A model generated the notes under the pieces. That model did not search any database. It saw nothing but the letters and a program-made list of their open reading frames with translations, and was not told where the DNA came from. The position numbers were made by a program, and so were the translations under genes. DNA of 63,244 bases, filler included, from Basidioascus undulatus (lineage: Eukaryota): the NCBI GenBank assembly GCA_000826855.1. It is 18 parts of 18 records of this genome, joined end to end, with 100 filler letters (N's around TTAATTAATTAA, not from the genome) between each part and the next. Parts side by side here need not be neighbours in the genome. Positions count along the whole stretch, not along the records: positions 9,610 to 11,904 come from JTLS01002834.1; positions 12,005 to 14,295 come from JTLS01002835.1; positions 14,396 to 16,678 come from JTLS01002836.1; positions 16,779 to 19,058 come from JTLS01002837.1; positions 19,159 to 21,433 come from JTLS01002838.1; positions 21,534 to 44,342 come from JTLS01000284.1; 12 more parts are not named here. The stretch is one strand, 5' to 3'. Shown one piece after another: positions 9,718-23,385 of the stretch (position 1 is its first letter; every line of letters starts with the position of its first letter).

Positions 9718-11868
9718 ACGGCGATCCTCGAAGGCCTAGCGCAGCGCATCATAGCGGAGGAAGTCCCCGAGTCGCTTCAGGGGAAGCGCGTGCTCTCGCT
9801 CGACTTGGCAGGCCTCCTCGCGGGCGCGTCTTTCCGGGGGAGCTTTGAGGAGCGCTTCAAGGCGCTCTTGAGCGATATCGAGGCCGAGAGGAACCAGGTT
9901 ATCGTGCGTCCCCTCACCTCCCCCCTCCCCTGCCTTCCCCGTGTCCCCCCTTTTCCCGTTTTTCTCTGTTTCCGACCGATTCCCGCGCATCCAGATCTTC
10001 ATCGACGAGCTCCACACCCTTCTCAACCTCGGCAAGGCGGAAGGCTCCCTCGACGCAGGGAACCTCCTCAAGCCGCAGCTCGCGCGCGGGCTGCAGCTCG
10101 TAGGCGCCACGACATGTGCGCCGCTCCCCCTCCCCTCTCTCTTCCTTTTGTTAAGTTAGTCCTTAATGTGCGTGTGGTGGACAGTGGACGAGTACCGCAA
10201 GACGATCGAGAAGGATGGTGCACTGGCAAGGCGCTTCCAGCCGGTGCAGGTGGAGGAGCCGACTGTGGAGGCGACGATTTGTGCGTGTCCTTCCTAAATG
10301 CTTTCCTATTTCTCTCTTTCTGACACGATTGTTCATCGTCAGCGATTCTCCGCGGCCTCAAGCCCCGCTACGAGACGCATCACGGTGTAGCTATCGCGTC
10401 TGTCCCTCCCTTCCCCTCCCATCCCCCTCCCATCCCCCCATTCCCCATCATCATTTCCCCAAACCTGATTGACTGAAAGTGGGTCTGCCGCACAGGGACG
10501 ATGCCCTAGTTGCCGCCGCCAAGCACTCAGACCGGTACATCACCGACCGATTTCTGCCGGACAAGGCAATCGACCTCGTCGACGAGGCGGCGAGTTCGCT
10601 CCGCCTCGCGCAGGAGTCGAAGCCGGAGTCGCTCGCGCAGCTGGACAGGGAGATTCTTACCATCCAGGTGCGTTGGCCTCTCTCTCTTCCCTCCCTTCCT
10701 CCCTCCTCCTCCCAGCACTTCCTCCTCCCATTCTCCCTCCTTTCTTCTTCTCTCCCTCCCTTCCGCCGAGTCGGAGTTCTGACACTCCCTTCCTTGCGTG
10801 TAACCGCAGATCGAGCTCCAATCCCTCCAAAACGACGAAGACACGTTCAGCGTCGAGCGGCGCAAGACGCTCAACGAGCTGCTCGAGGAGAAGATGGCCG
10901 AGAGCCAGCGCCTGACGGCGATCTGGCAGGACGAGCGCGCGAAGCTCGAGGAGTCCAAGAGCGCGAAGGAGGAGCTGGAGCGCGCAAAGGTCGAGCTCGA
11001 AATTTCGCAGCGCAGGGGGGACTTGGAGAGGGCGTCCATCTTGCGTGCGTGGTGACTTCTTCTTTCATCTCCCACCTTCCGCCTTGCCTTGGCTGCAGTT
11101 AGGTATGGCTGAATACTGATCTGCGGCGGGTGGACAGGCTACGATACGATCCCGAAGCTGGAGCGCAAGATCCGCGAGGCCGAGGAGCGCTCGCAGACCG
11201 CGTCGCTCCTGCTCGTGCGGGACCGCGTCACAGCTGAGTGCGTTCCATAATCTCTCTTCCATACCTCCCTCCGTCCAATTCTGATCAGTACTTACTCTTC
11301 CTTTGCCGGCAGGGACATCGCCCGCGTCGTCTCGCGCATCACCGGCATCCCCACAACCAACCTCCTCCAGGGAGAGATCGAGAAGTTGATGCACGTGCGT
11401 CTTCCGTTCCTCCATCCCTCCTTCCACCTTGACTCACTTCTAACTTTTCTTTCCCGTGTCCCACAGCTCGAGGAGAAGCTCCGTGAGCGCGTCGTGGGGC
11501 AGGACCACGTCGTCGAAGCGGTCGCGGACAGTGTCCGGCTCTCTCGCGCTGGGCTGCAGAACCCGCGCCGGCCCATCGCGTCGTTCTTGTTCCTGGGCCC
11601 TACTGGTATGCTTCACACGCAAGTCAGTACCTGCTGAGCGATTAAGCTTATGCGCGAACGAGTGCGCAGGTACCGGAAAGACGGAGCTCACCAAGGCCCT
11701 TGCGGGGGCGCTGTTCGACGATGAGCGGCGGGCGCTGGTTAATATCAAGTGCGTGTTTCTTCAGTGTGCGAGCACAAGTGGCATAGCTTTTACTGACCTG
11801 TTTTACCTGCAGCATGAGCGAGTACCAAGAGCGGCACACCGTCAGCCGGCTCGTGGGCGCTCCTCCCG
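9718..11868 (+). CDS. HSP78: ClpB/Hsp104-family disaggregase, most like mitochondrial Hsp78 (internal fragment)
   Basis: [103 protein letters not shown]. Confidence 0.88.
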
Positions 11869-12004
11869 GTACACCATCCCATCCCCATCCCCATCCCCAC
11901 AGACNNNNNNNNNNNNNNNNNNNNNNNNNNNNNNNNNNNNNNNNNNNNTTAATTAATTAANNNNNNNNNNNNNNNNNNNNNNNNNNNNNNNNNNNNNNNN
12001 NNNN

Positions 12005-12689
12005 GCTCCAGGTGCGCTTCCTTGACTCCCCCTTCAGTAAGACACCGTTGACGCTCAACTCTGTTTCGTCCCTCGCACCTGACGTACCACAACGCGCCCA
12101 CCCCTCCGCGCCCGTCCACCACGGCCGCACAGGCGCCGCGCTCGCCCTCGGCGGAGAAAGCCAAGGCGGACGCGCGGTTCGACGAGAAAAGGGAGGAGGA
12201 TGACCCGGAGCTCGTGGCGTTTGGGCTGGGCGGGCTGAAGATTGAGGACGTCGCTGAGGACGAGGTGGAGAAAATGCTGAGGGAGTTGGAGGAGGAGCAG
12301 AAAAAGGGTGGGGAAAGGAGGAGTGGGGGCGAGGGGAAGGCAGAGGACCCGGACGAGGCGGAGGCGGAGCGCTGCGCGTCGTGCCATGGGGCGGGGGCAT
12401 CGGGCATGCCTGAGGAGGAGGAGGGGCGCCGGGAGGAGGAGGCGAGGGAGGAGGACGAGGACGGCGCGCGATGGTGCAGCGTGTGCGGGTGCGTCGACGA
12501 GGACGGCGCGGACGAGTACGTCGTCGCCATCGCGGGGGGTGGCGGGGTGCGTATGTTCCTCAGGTGTGTATGTGTATGTTTTGGCTGTGTGTAACGGGAG
12601 ATGAGCGAGATAGGTTGGGAGAGATTCCCTCTCTCTCCTCGAGGCACTGGCTCGCCGAAGAACGCGACGGACGGACCTGGAGGTTGTAA
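12005..12689 (+). CDS. 3' part of an acidic hypothetical protein with two CxxC pairs
   Basis: Open acidic frame ...CASCHG...WCSVCGCVDE...; GT-AG intron at about 12564-12613; ends ...RTWRL-stop. Confidence 0.45.
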
Positions 12690-14072
12690 TATCGAGCGTC
12701 CTGCGTCTTTTTCGCCAGCGCAGCGCACACGCGCGATTCCAAGCAGTCGTAAGGGGTCGTCAGTGGGGAGCACGGCGGGGAGGACGAGGACGACGAAGAC
12801 GGTGAGCAGACTAGACGGTGATGGGGAGGACGAGAGTGCACGCGCTGAGCATCGACGACAAGGCGACGCCCGACGACAGCGTGCAGGCCCATTTCCATTT
12901 CAAACGCGCCTGTCGAGCCTCGGCGACAGGCGCACGGACTCCTGCCTCGCTTTCGATTCTCGCCAACCGCAACTTTGCATCTTTCATCTGTGCTTTCCAC
13001 TCTACTTTACCCAGCCAGCTTTATTTTTCAGTTTCTTTTTGTAGGAGATGTGCTCTTTGACTGCACTGGATGTGAGAGGTCGATGGCCGAGGTGGAGCAT
13101 CCGGCCCACAGACTCCGAGCACGAATATTGTCATGCCTTCCTCTTCTCGCCTCGCCCTCTCCGCAGTGGCGGTATGATGGAGGACCGCACTTTTTCACAT
13201 GCTACCCACGGCTACCTATGAAGTTCTGTCGGCGTCAGTACCTATGAAAGAAAGAGATGTTATACATTCAGTATCGGTATCCTTTCCGGGCCATGACCTC
13301 TCTCGCCCCCTCCTCGGACACTCCGAGCTTCCGAGTCTGCAACGCTCGCTCTGTTGGGGGTGAACTTCCATCGTGCGGCTCTGTTGTAACTCGTGCGATC
13401 TTCATCTTGCAGAAGACTCTTCGTTCTGTATGACTGACTGCGAGCCTCGAACTTCTCCCTCGCAGCGACACTCGCAGCGCCAATCCCGGCCCGCCCTGCC
13501 GGCGCACGTGCATCATCCGCTCTGCGAACACTGCAAAATGCAACCCGCACCGGTCGAAGCCCAACGTTTCTGAAATCTGAGGACATTGACCTGTTCGTTC
13601 TGGTGCACAATTAAATGTGCGTGGAAAGTCCAGGTCTAGGGAGGGTGTGGTAATTATGAAGCTGTCAGGCCCTCCTCAGACTTGAAGTCGTTCTGTGCTC
13701 GTGTGTCGGTGAGCACAGCCTGGCCGGAGGGCGGTGTTTTTGGACAGAGGGGAACGAACGCATGCGGCTGGAAAGGCTATGGGAGGGGTGCTAGGAAGGA
13801 TGTTGGTCACTGCAAGGACGTGTGCAGTGTTTTCATCCAAACGTGACGGCAACGTGGGTATACCACTGAGTGGAACTGTTGGTGCTTGAAATGCATATTG
13901 ATCTTGGGTGACGGATGTCTTCCTGGCACTCATCGAACGAACGTTGAGAAAAGTTGTATACAGTGCTACAGTCGAATAGAGAATCCGAAAGGTAAAGAAC
14001 GCGGAACCATCCCATCCACGATAAAGAAACGCAAAATATGAAATGATTGAATGAGTGTTTGCGCCAATCATG

Positions 14073-14295
14073 TCAGATTTTGGAATCGACATCGCTGGCA
14101 TCGAGCGCGGCGGCGTGTTCGGGGAAATCGTCGGCTGTTTGGGCGGATGCAGCGTCGATCTGGCGCTGGTAGTCTCTGTCACGGCACCATATTGTTCATT
14201 GTTCAATATTTCCAAATTCGGATGTCCAATAAGAAACGATGCTGTGAGCTGGAAGTACGCACGAGTGCTGGTACCGCTCCACAGTCATCTGGATG
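14073..14295 (-). CDS. 3' end of an unidentified gene
   Basis: IQMTVERYQH, then a GTGCGT...GACAG intron, then DYQRQIDAASAQTADDFPEHAAALDASDVDSKI-stop, followed by AT-richer 3'UTR-like sequence. Confidence 0.4.
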
Positions 14296-14395
14296 NNNNN
14301 NNNNNNNNNNNNNNNNNNNNNNNNNNNNNNNNNNNNNNNTTAATTAATTAANNNNNNNNNNNNNNNNNNNNNNNNNNNNNNNNNNNNNNNNNNNN

Positions 14396-16571
<2,176 letters not shown>

Positions 16572-16778
16572 GTGCATCCCCCGGAACATCCCCCCCCTCA
16601 TCCCATCCACGACTCCCGTCCTTGCCGCAGGCGGCCTCGTCACTCCCTCGCATCTCGCCTCGGTCCTCGCGCTCGGAGNNNNNNNNNNNNNNNNNNNNNN
16701 NNNNNNNNNNNNNNNNNNNNNNTTAATTAATTAANNNNNNNNNNNNNNNNNNNNNNNNNNNNNNNNNNNNNNNNNNNN

Positions 16779-16902
16779 AGATAGAAAGAGATGGAAAGCT
16801 CTGGAAGGGTGGCAACAGGGGTGTGGCTGGGAGGACCTTGGGTGTGATGCAGGGGAGTCTGCTCACAACACCCTTGCCCACACCAAGGGGTGTATCCTCA
16901 CA
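16779..16902. mobile_element. Probable terminus of another LTR element interrupting the copia pol
   Basis: CpG-poor non-coding stretch ending ...TATCCTCACA, directly abutting the copia frame at the RNase H motif (D)WDYSNQHCCTMGY. Confidence 0.4.
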
Positions 16903-17635
16903 CTGGGACTACAGTAATCAGCACTGCTGCACCATGGGCTACACCTTCATCCTCGCTGGCAGTGCAGTCACCTGGTCCTCCAACTGCATGCCGAATGTCA
17001 CACTCTCCAGCTCTGAATCCGAGTATGTCAGCCTCACCAACGCGGCCAAAGAAGCCTTGTGGCTCTGCAACTTCCTCTCCAAGCTTCACCTCCAGCCCTC
17101 TGTGCCCACAATCATCTACGGTGACAACCAGGCTGCACTTTCCATTGCTCGGAACCAGCAGTACCACACTGCCAACAAGCATGTTGCAATAAAGTGGCAC
17201 TGGATTCGAGAGGTCATTGAGAGTGGCAATGTACAGGTAGAGCACATCTCCACCAAGGACATGACAGTGGACATTCTCACCAAGGGCCTTGAACGCATCA
17301 AGCACATCCATCATGTCGAACGACTCGGACTACAGCCTTGAGTTGGGGTATCGATATGCACACTCTTTTTCTTTTCATCCAATTCTTCCTTGTTTGACGC
17401 TTAACACACTTAGCCTTGACTCTGTCCTTTACCCTCTGTCCATCGTTGTTCATTCGAGTTCATGTTGCATGTGACTTCCACCATTGTTTCCTTTGACAGC
17501 CTCTCCATACAAAACACCCCACATTGTTGTTCTTTGAGCTATGATATAAGGGCCACTTCATTGTCTCTATTTTTCCCTCTTGATAATCATACACTTGCTC
17601 ATTGCTCAGTGGCTGAGTGCTGTTCGATTCCAATA
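16903..17635 (+). mobile_element. Ty1/copia retrotransposon 3' end: RNase H, PPT and 3' LTR (17349-17635)
   Basis: WSS..VTLSSSESEYVSL..IYGDNQAALSIA..KHVAIKWHWIRE..DILTKGL, stop at 17341. PPT-like GAGTTGGGG precedes the LTR, whose 3' part aligns with 60992-61174. Confidence 0.9.
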
Positions 17636-19058
17636 CCTTTGTCTCTCCACACTATAAGAACCCCCCTCCCTTCTTCCACTGTCCCTCATCCAGTCTTGTT
17701 CTATCCTACCCTCCCTTTAGCCTTGTCCTCTACTCCTTGCCTTTCTTCATCTATGCTGAATCTTGTCACCAACCCTGCTGGTAGTCCCCACTGCAGTCTG
17801 CCATACCCAGTCCAGTCCTGACAGTAGACCAGATCAACCCACCACCCTGGACTACCTCCCGACCTCCTCTCCTCCCACCACCAATTAACACCCACCGTGT
17901 CCCAGCCACCTCCCCACGACTTGCACACCACCACCTCCAGCACCACCCCTAGTGACATCCAGCTTGGCACAGATGCTCAGCAGCCTCTCTGCCCAGGTCC
18001 AGGATGTTACCGCCCAGAACCACCACCTCCAGCAGACAGTCACTGACCTCTCTGCCCAGTACAGTGCCCTCCACACCTCCATCGCCAGCTTTCAGTCCTC
18101 CCCACCAGTTGCCCCAGTCCCACCTCCTCCTCCAGCTCATGCCTTGCCCATGCCACACCTGAAGCTCAACAATCCTCCTGAGTTCGACAGAAAGGACAAG
18201 AGGGCTGCCAACACCTTCCTTACACACCTCCAGCTCCACTTCCTCACCTCTCCACACCTCTTCCCAGAATGACCGCTCCAAGGTTCTCTTTGTGGCTACC
18301 TACCTCTGAGGCTCTGCCTTCGCCTGGCTCAAACCCCACCTCCTGAGAGATGATGATCCTCTCATCCAGTCCTGGCCTGTCTTCAAGGAGTCCTTCCTCA
18401 AGTCCCTTGGCAACCCTGACTGCAAGCACACCATCACCTGCGAGTTCCAGTCCCTCACCCAAGCTGGTTCCACTGCCACCTATGCTACCGAGTTCTTCTG
18501 CCTCTCTGCCTTCCTCAGGTGGAATGACCAGGCTCTCGGCCCAGTTCTATTCAGGCCTCAAGTCCAATGTCAAGGACACCCTCGCACTCTCTGACAAAAC
18601 CTTTGGAACCATCCAGGAGCTATCTGACTTCACCATCTGCCTCGACAACAGGCTCTTTGAACGTCGCAACGAAGCTAGGAAGGGCCCCTCTCTGATGTAC
18701 AACACCCCTCGCCCCCCAACTGCCCCTCATGCCACCAACACCACCCGTTCTGGGTCGATGCCCATGGACCTCAATGCCAATCGCCCGCACTTCCAGCCCC
18801 TCTCCCCAGAGGAACATCAGCACTGCATCAACAACAACCTGTGCCTCTACTGTGGACAGGGAGGCCACATCACTCACACCTGCCCTAACTGCCTCCCTTG
18901 CCCCAGGCCCCGTACCACTGGGCCCCTATAGGCTGCCTCCACTTCTGCGACCCCAGGCGAGCAGGGAAGCAACCCAGCTCAAGCCCAGAGGGTGCTTCAG
19001 CTTGAGCCTACCCAGACACCCACACCCCCTGTCTTCCCCCCCCAGTCCACACATCCTC
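17636..19058 (+). mobile_element. Degenerate Ty3/gypsy retrotransposon: partial 5' LTR (to about 17823) and gag pseudogene
   Basis: TATAAGAA at about 17653; LTR end CCTGACA at 17823. Gag reads KLNNPPEFD..KVLFVATYL*GSAFAW..QFYSGLKSNVKD..PMDL..CLYCGQGGHITHTC (CCHC knuckle) with stops and frameshifts. Confidence 0.88.
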
Positions 19059-19158
19059 NNNNNNNNNNNNNNNNNNNNNNNNNNNNNNNNNNNNNNNNNN
19101 NNTTAATTAATTAANNNNNNNNNNNNNNNNNNNNNNNNNNNNNNNNNNNNNNNNNNNN

Positions 19159-19791
19159 TCCCCCTCTCCTCCTCGGTCATTTACCCCCGAAACATGGGAG
19201 TACCGCGTCGCCGCCTCGCTCCTCTCCGCGCCCCCTCCTCCTCCCGCAGCACCCCTTCCTCCCCAGGGGCGCAGACGCTCCGCGTCAGTCGACCTCCTCC
19301 GCTCGCTGTCCTTCTCCTCGCCTCTAACCGACTTCGGGCCTTCCGGAGGCGCAGGAGCGCCCCCGGATACGTTCGGCATCACACGCACGTCGGACGTGCC
19401 CGATACGTTTGGGCTTGTGGGGCGGCGGGTGCCGAATTTGGCACAGACGTCGCCGTATGCGCATGCGAAGCAGAGAACTTCCTCAACCCTCTCGAGCAGC
19501 GCGACGCCCTCGCTGGCTTCCTCGACAGGCACTCGCACTCCGCACACCTCCCCCCCTTCGAGCGAGGCGAACTCGCCTAACCTCGCTACGCCGGGGAGGT
19601 TCGACAGCCCACCCACGTCTGGCCTCCTTACTCCTGGGAGGGTCGGGGGTGGGCCTGGTGGAGGTCACGGGAGGACGGCGAGCGTCCCCACCTTGAGGTT
19701 TATCGGTGCGACACCGTGTAAGGGCGATGGTGGGGAGGGGGAGAGCGGGGAGAGCGGGGAGAGCCCCAGTAGAGGGAGGGGGTGGAGCTGA
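19159..19791 (+). CDS. 3' end of an S/P/T-rich hypothetical protein
   Basis: Long open low-complexity frame ending ...ASVPTLRFIGATPC...GRGWS-stop. Confidence 0.45.
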   Translation, partial: SPSPPRSFTPETWEYRVAASLLSAPPPPPAAPLPPQGRRRSASVDLLRSLSFSSPLTDFGPSGGAGAPPDTFGITRTSDVPDTFGLVGRRVPNLAQTSPYAHAKQRTSSTLSSSATPSLASSTGTRTPHTSPPSSEANSPNLATPGRFDSPPTSGLLTPGRVGGGPGGGHGRTASVPTLRFIGATPCKGDGGEGESGESGESPSRGRGWS

Positions 19792-20790
19792 AGGTGAGTG
19801 AGCGGGTTTGGGCGCGAGGGTGGGGGAGTGGGGAGCTGGGGAGCTGACGAGAGGTGGTCCGGTGCATGGGTAGGCGCTGCGATGGGGCGGTATGCTGCAC
19901 CTGGGCAGGACAGGTTTCGGCTCAGTTATCTATCTTCATCTTAGGTTCGGTTACGGCAGGCCGTGCCACTCACGTCTTTTCTCTACCACCTTACGGACAT
20001 TCAAACTTCCAACCAACTTTCGATCTTCGGCATTCGACTTTCATTCACTTCCTTCTTCCTCCTGAATTCGCGGACTCCTTCGACCTTCGACCTTCCACCC
20101 CTTAGATCCACCGGATTCGCAGCATAAGGACCTTATTTCTTCTCTCTTGCTCTGTCTCCTCCCCTCTCTTTCTCCCGAGGATTCGTTATGTCATGCGCTA
20201 GCTCTGTTGTTCTACCCTGTAGGGAGCTTGTTGGGGGAGATGGGAAAGAGGGGGAGGGGGGGGTTATGCGATCTACGCGATCTACGCGCTATGCTGAGCA
20301 GCTGAACAGAGTCTGTCTGCGCGTGTGTACACGGAGACAGGGTGCTGAGCAGCTTCTCGAACGATACTAATGCAAGGCGGGAAGGCCTTCGTCCCATACG
20401 CATTCACGTTGCCTGTCGGGCGGTACATCAGGTCGACGTTGACCCGTCCGGAGCGTGGTCGAGACCGAGAGGCAGCCCGACGCCTTCTGCACCTGGAAGG
20501 TTCTTCGTTGTCTGTGAGAGTCCACGTAGGCCGTTTCCTTTGCGCGTTGGCAGACAAAGTTTTGAAAAAGGCAACGGCTGCTGGGTGCAAAGAAAGAAAC
20601 ACACGAACACGACCGCGCAGTCGGTCGTGACCGCTGCGGTCTTGCTCCGTCGCCTGGCGACGTCGCGTCGCCTTCGACGCTCACTACTCAAATCACCTTC
20701 AAGCCAAATCCGAGACTCAACTTCCTCCATATCAAAGCCCATCCTCTCACCTCCAGCCAGCTCGTCCCAGACGTCCAGCTCCTTTCAGCA

Positions 20791-21433
20791 ATGTCTTCAA
20801 CCCAGCCCGAGCCGACCACAACCACCCGCACCTCTTCCACTGCCGCTCAAGCTTCCTCCTCCTCCTCCTCTTCTCCCGCCCCCAAACCCTCCAACGATGG
20901 CTCCACAAGCCCCTCGCAGCAGCCCACCGACCCTGCACCAGAACCACTCGACGACGGTGTAGACTGGTCGACCGTCTCCGAAACAACTCTTATTCAGGTT
21001 TGTACTGTCCCATCCCTCCCCCTCCCACCTTCAAACCCTACCCCCCAATGCACTCTCCTAGAATCAAATGCTGATAAGAGGTGCACATCCTGGACAGGCG
21101 ACCCAGATCGCGGCTACCCTACAGATCCCGCCTGGGCTTGTCGTGCGGTACATGCGTCGGCCGGAGGGGTGGGACAATATGAACATGTGCGATCAATCTT
21201 TCAGTTTATTTCTCAGGTGGGGAAAGGCTGATGCGTTTTGACGGGAGTTGGTAAAGGCTGCAATACGTCCTCCGCGACGCGGACGCTGCGAAACTGTTGC
21301 GTCTTTATCGTCTCCCCCCCTCTTCCCTTTTGAGGTAGAGGCTGATTGAGTATGGGTTTCCTGGGTTTTAAGGGTGCCCAAAAAGTCCCCAATGTATTCG
21401 ATCATGGAAGGCGTGCGGCAGAGCGGCGGGAGC
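20791..21433 (+). CDS. 5' part of a hypothetical protein
   Basis: MSSTQPEP...DWSTVSETTLIQ/ATQIAATLQIPPGLVVR/LQYVLRDADAAKLL/VPKKSPMYSIMEGVRQ, joined by GT-AG introns with CTGAT/CTGAC-type branch points. Confidence 0.55.
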
Positions 21434-21583
21434 NNNNNNNNNNNNNNNNNNNNNNNNNNNNNNNNNNNNNNNNNNNNTTAATTAATTAANNNNNNNNNNN
21501 NNNNNNNNNNNNNNNNNNNNNNNNNNNNNNNNNGATATGGGGGACGGGACGGATGCGGGGGGTAAGAGAGAGGAAAACGCACG

Positions 21584-23111
21584 CGCAAGAAGCTTCTTCG
21601 ACAGCTCGTCGACCGTCTCGGTCGCGCCGCGCTGGGACGCAGCGTAGATCTGCTCGACATCGCCGTTTTCGAGGTCGTACTTGCCATCGGAGAAGCTCTG
21701 GAGCTTCTCACTATGAATAGCCCACACCATCAGTTAGCCATCAAAGCATCCCATCTTTCAGAATCGAAGTAGGTGCCCATCAACGCACAGCATGACTGCA
21801 GCGGCGCGGTGCAGGTCGTCAGTACGCAGATCTCACAGCAGTTAATTGCAAGGGAAGAAGGTGCGCACGGTAGTAGATGTTGAGCCTGGGAATTTGCGCG
21901 CGTCAGCCTGCCTGTCTCCCTTCTTCGAAGAGCATTGAAGAATCCCGAGCGGCGACCCACTGCATGTAGTAGAACGAGTGGAACAGAGGCGTGATGAACT
22001 GGGTCGAGAGCTGGAAAAGCCGGGGGAGCTCGGTCTTGCACAGGCCGTTGTAGTGCTCGTACTCGGCCGAGGCGGCCTCCCACTCTTGCTCCAGCTGCCC
22101 CACGCCATCCCGCATCTCAGTGCCCGCGCATACCCACAGCCGATGGAAAGGGACGATCCGCTCACCTTGAACAGGTTCTTCTCGTCGCTGAGGGACTTCT
22201 CCTTCTTGTCGCGGAGCTTGGTTAGGGAGTTGTTGAAGCGGTCAAAATCGACAAGCTGCCGTTTCCCGCCCATCACCGAAATCAGCCCACCTCCTCCACA
22301 TTCCGCATTCCGCAGGGTATTCAGCTCGACACCGCACCTTGTGGTTCCGCTTGGTCATGGTCTTGCGCGCGCGCTTGAGGAGGTCCTGGAGCTCCTTGGC
22401 GGGGTCGATGACGCGCCCGTCGATGAGGTCGAGCTCGGGCGCGAGCGTCTCCTTGAGCTCGGACATGAGCACTTGGTAGTGGCTGATGCTCTTGAGCGTG
22501 AGCTGCGACTCGGGGTTCTTGCGGTCCACGTCGTAGTCGCCCGAGCCGCTGTTTGTCCCCGCGTCCGCTTGGGTGAATGGGGACAGGCCCGGGGAGGAGA
22601 CGCACATGGGCTGGAAGATGGTATCAAAGGCTTTGCCAAAGTCGGAGCCGGCGCTGAGGAGGCCTGCCGGGATAGATGGTGTCAAGCGGACCATCTTGCC
22701 TCGCACGGCACTCCGCCTTCTACTCACCCTGCACACCGTCCCGGAAGGAGCGCGAGTCCTTCAGAAGCTTGTCGGTCGCATCCTCAATGACTGTGCACTG
22801 TAATTCAAATGCAGGATGAGCAGGCACGCTGCGGCGTATGCGGCTGCGCACGAGCAACTCACCCGGCGGTCGTACTCGTCAAACTCGGCATCGGAGGACT
22901 CTGCGATCAATCGAAGGGTGTTTCGAGGGGCATGAGTGGGGGTTTGAGATGCCCGGATGTGAGCTGGGCCGACGCACTAGCAGCCATGCCCATCCTGCTG
23001 GTGAGCATGTGCGGAGTCCGCTTGATGCTCTTGACCATGCCTGCCGCCAGCTCCAGAGATGAGTGTCCGGTCCTGCTCGATTCAGCCAACAATGGCCACC
23101 GCACCCTTCAT
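21584..23111 (-). CDS. RVS167: BAR-domain amphiphysin Rvs167/Hob1 (3' truncated)
   Basis: MK/GMVKSIKRTPH..ELDLIDGRVIDPAKELQ..KRNHK/LVDFDRFNNSLTKLRDKKEKSLSDEKNLFK/LEQE..LFHSFYYMQ/LNIYY. Confidence 0.9.
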
Positions 23112-23385
23112 GGTGGCTGATTATTTGTGTGTAAAGAAAGCAAGGGAGGGTGTGGGGGGTGTAGTTCTATGAGGATGAGGGCAAGCAGTAAAGAGGCGGT
23201 TTGAGGCTGTGCTGGGTGTTGCAAGCTGGCAAGGCAGCAGCCAAGTCGCGGGAGCAGCGCGCGGTTCCTTGCTCGCTTGCTCGGCGCCTGATGACGCACC
23301 GCCGAAAGCCTTTGTCGGCTCAACTTCAGGGACGCCTGCTTTCTCTCCTCGCCCTCATCACATATCTACCCGAAATCCACCCACA

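Noticed and set aside
13676..14215. 179-aa ORF containing GWDGSA, reminiscent of Harbinger transposase GWEGSA
   Set aside because: It lacks the other DDE motifs and overlaps a better-supported last exon plus 3'UTR in another frame.
17621..17635. TG at 17621 as the start of a gypsy LTR inserted into the copia LTR
   Set aside because: Length and sequence match the end of the other copia LTR copy, so this stretch is better read as the copia LTR terminus.
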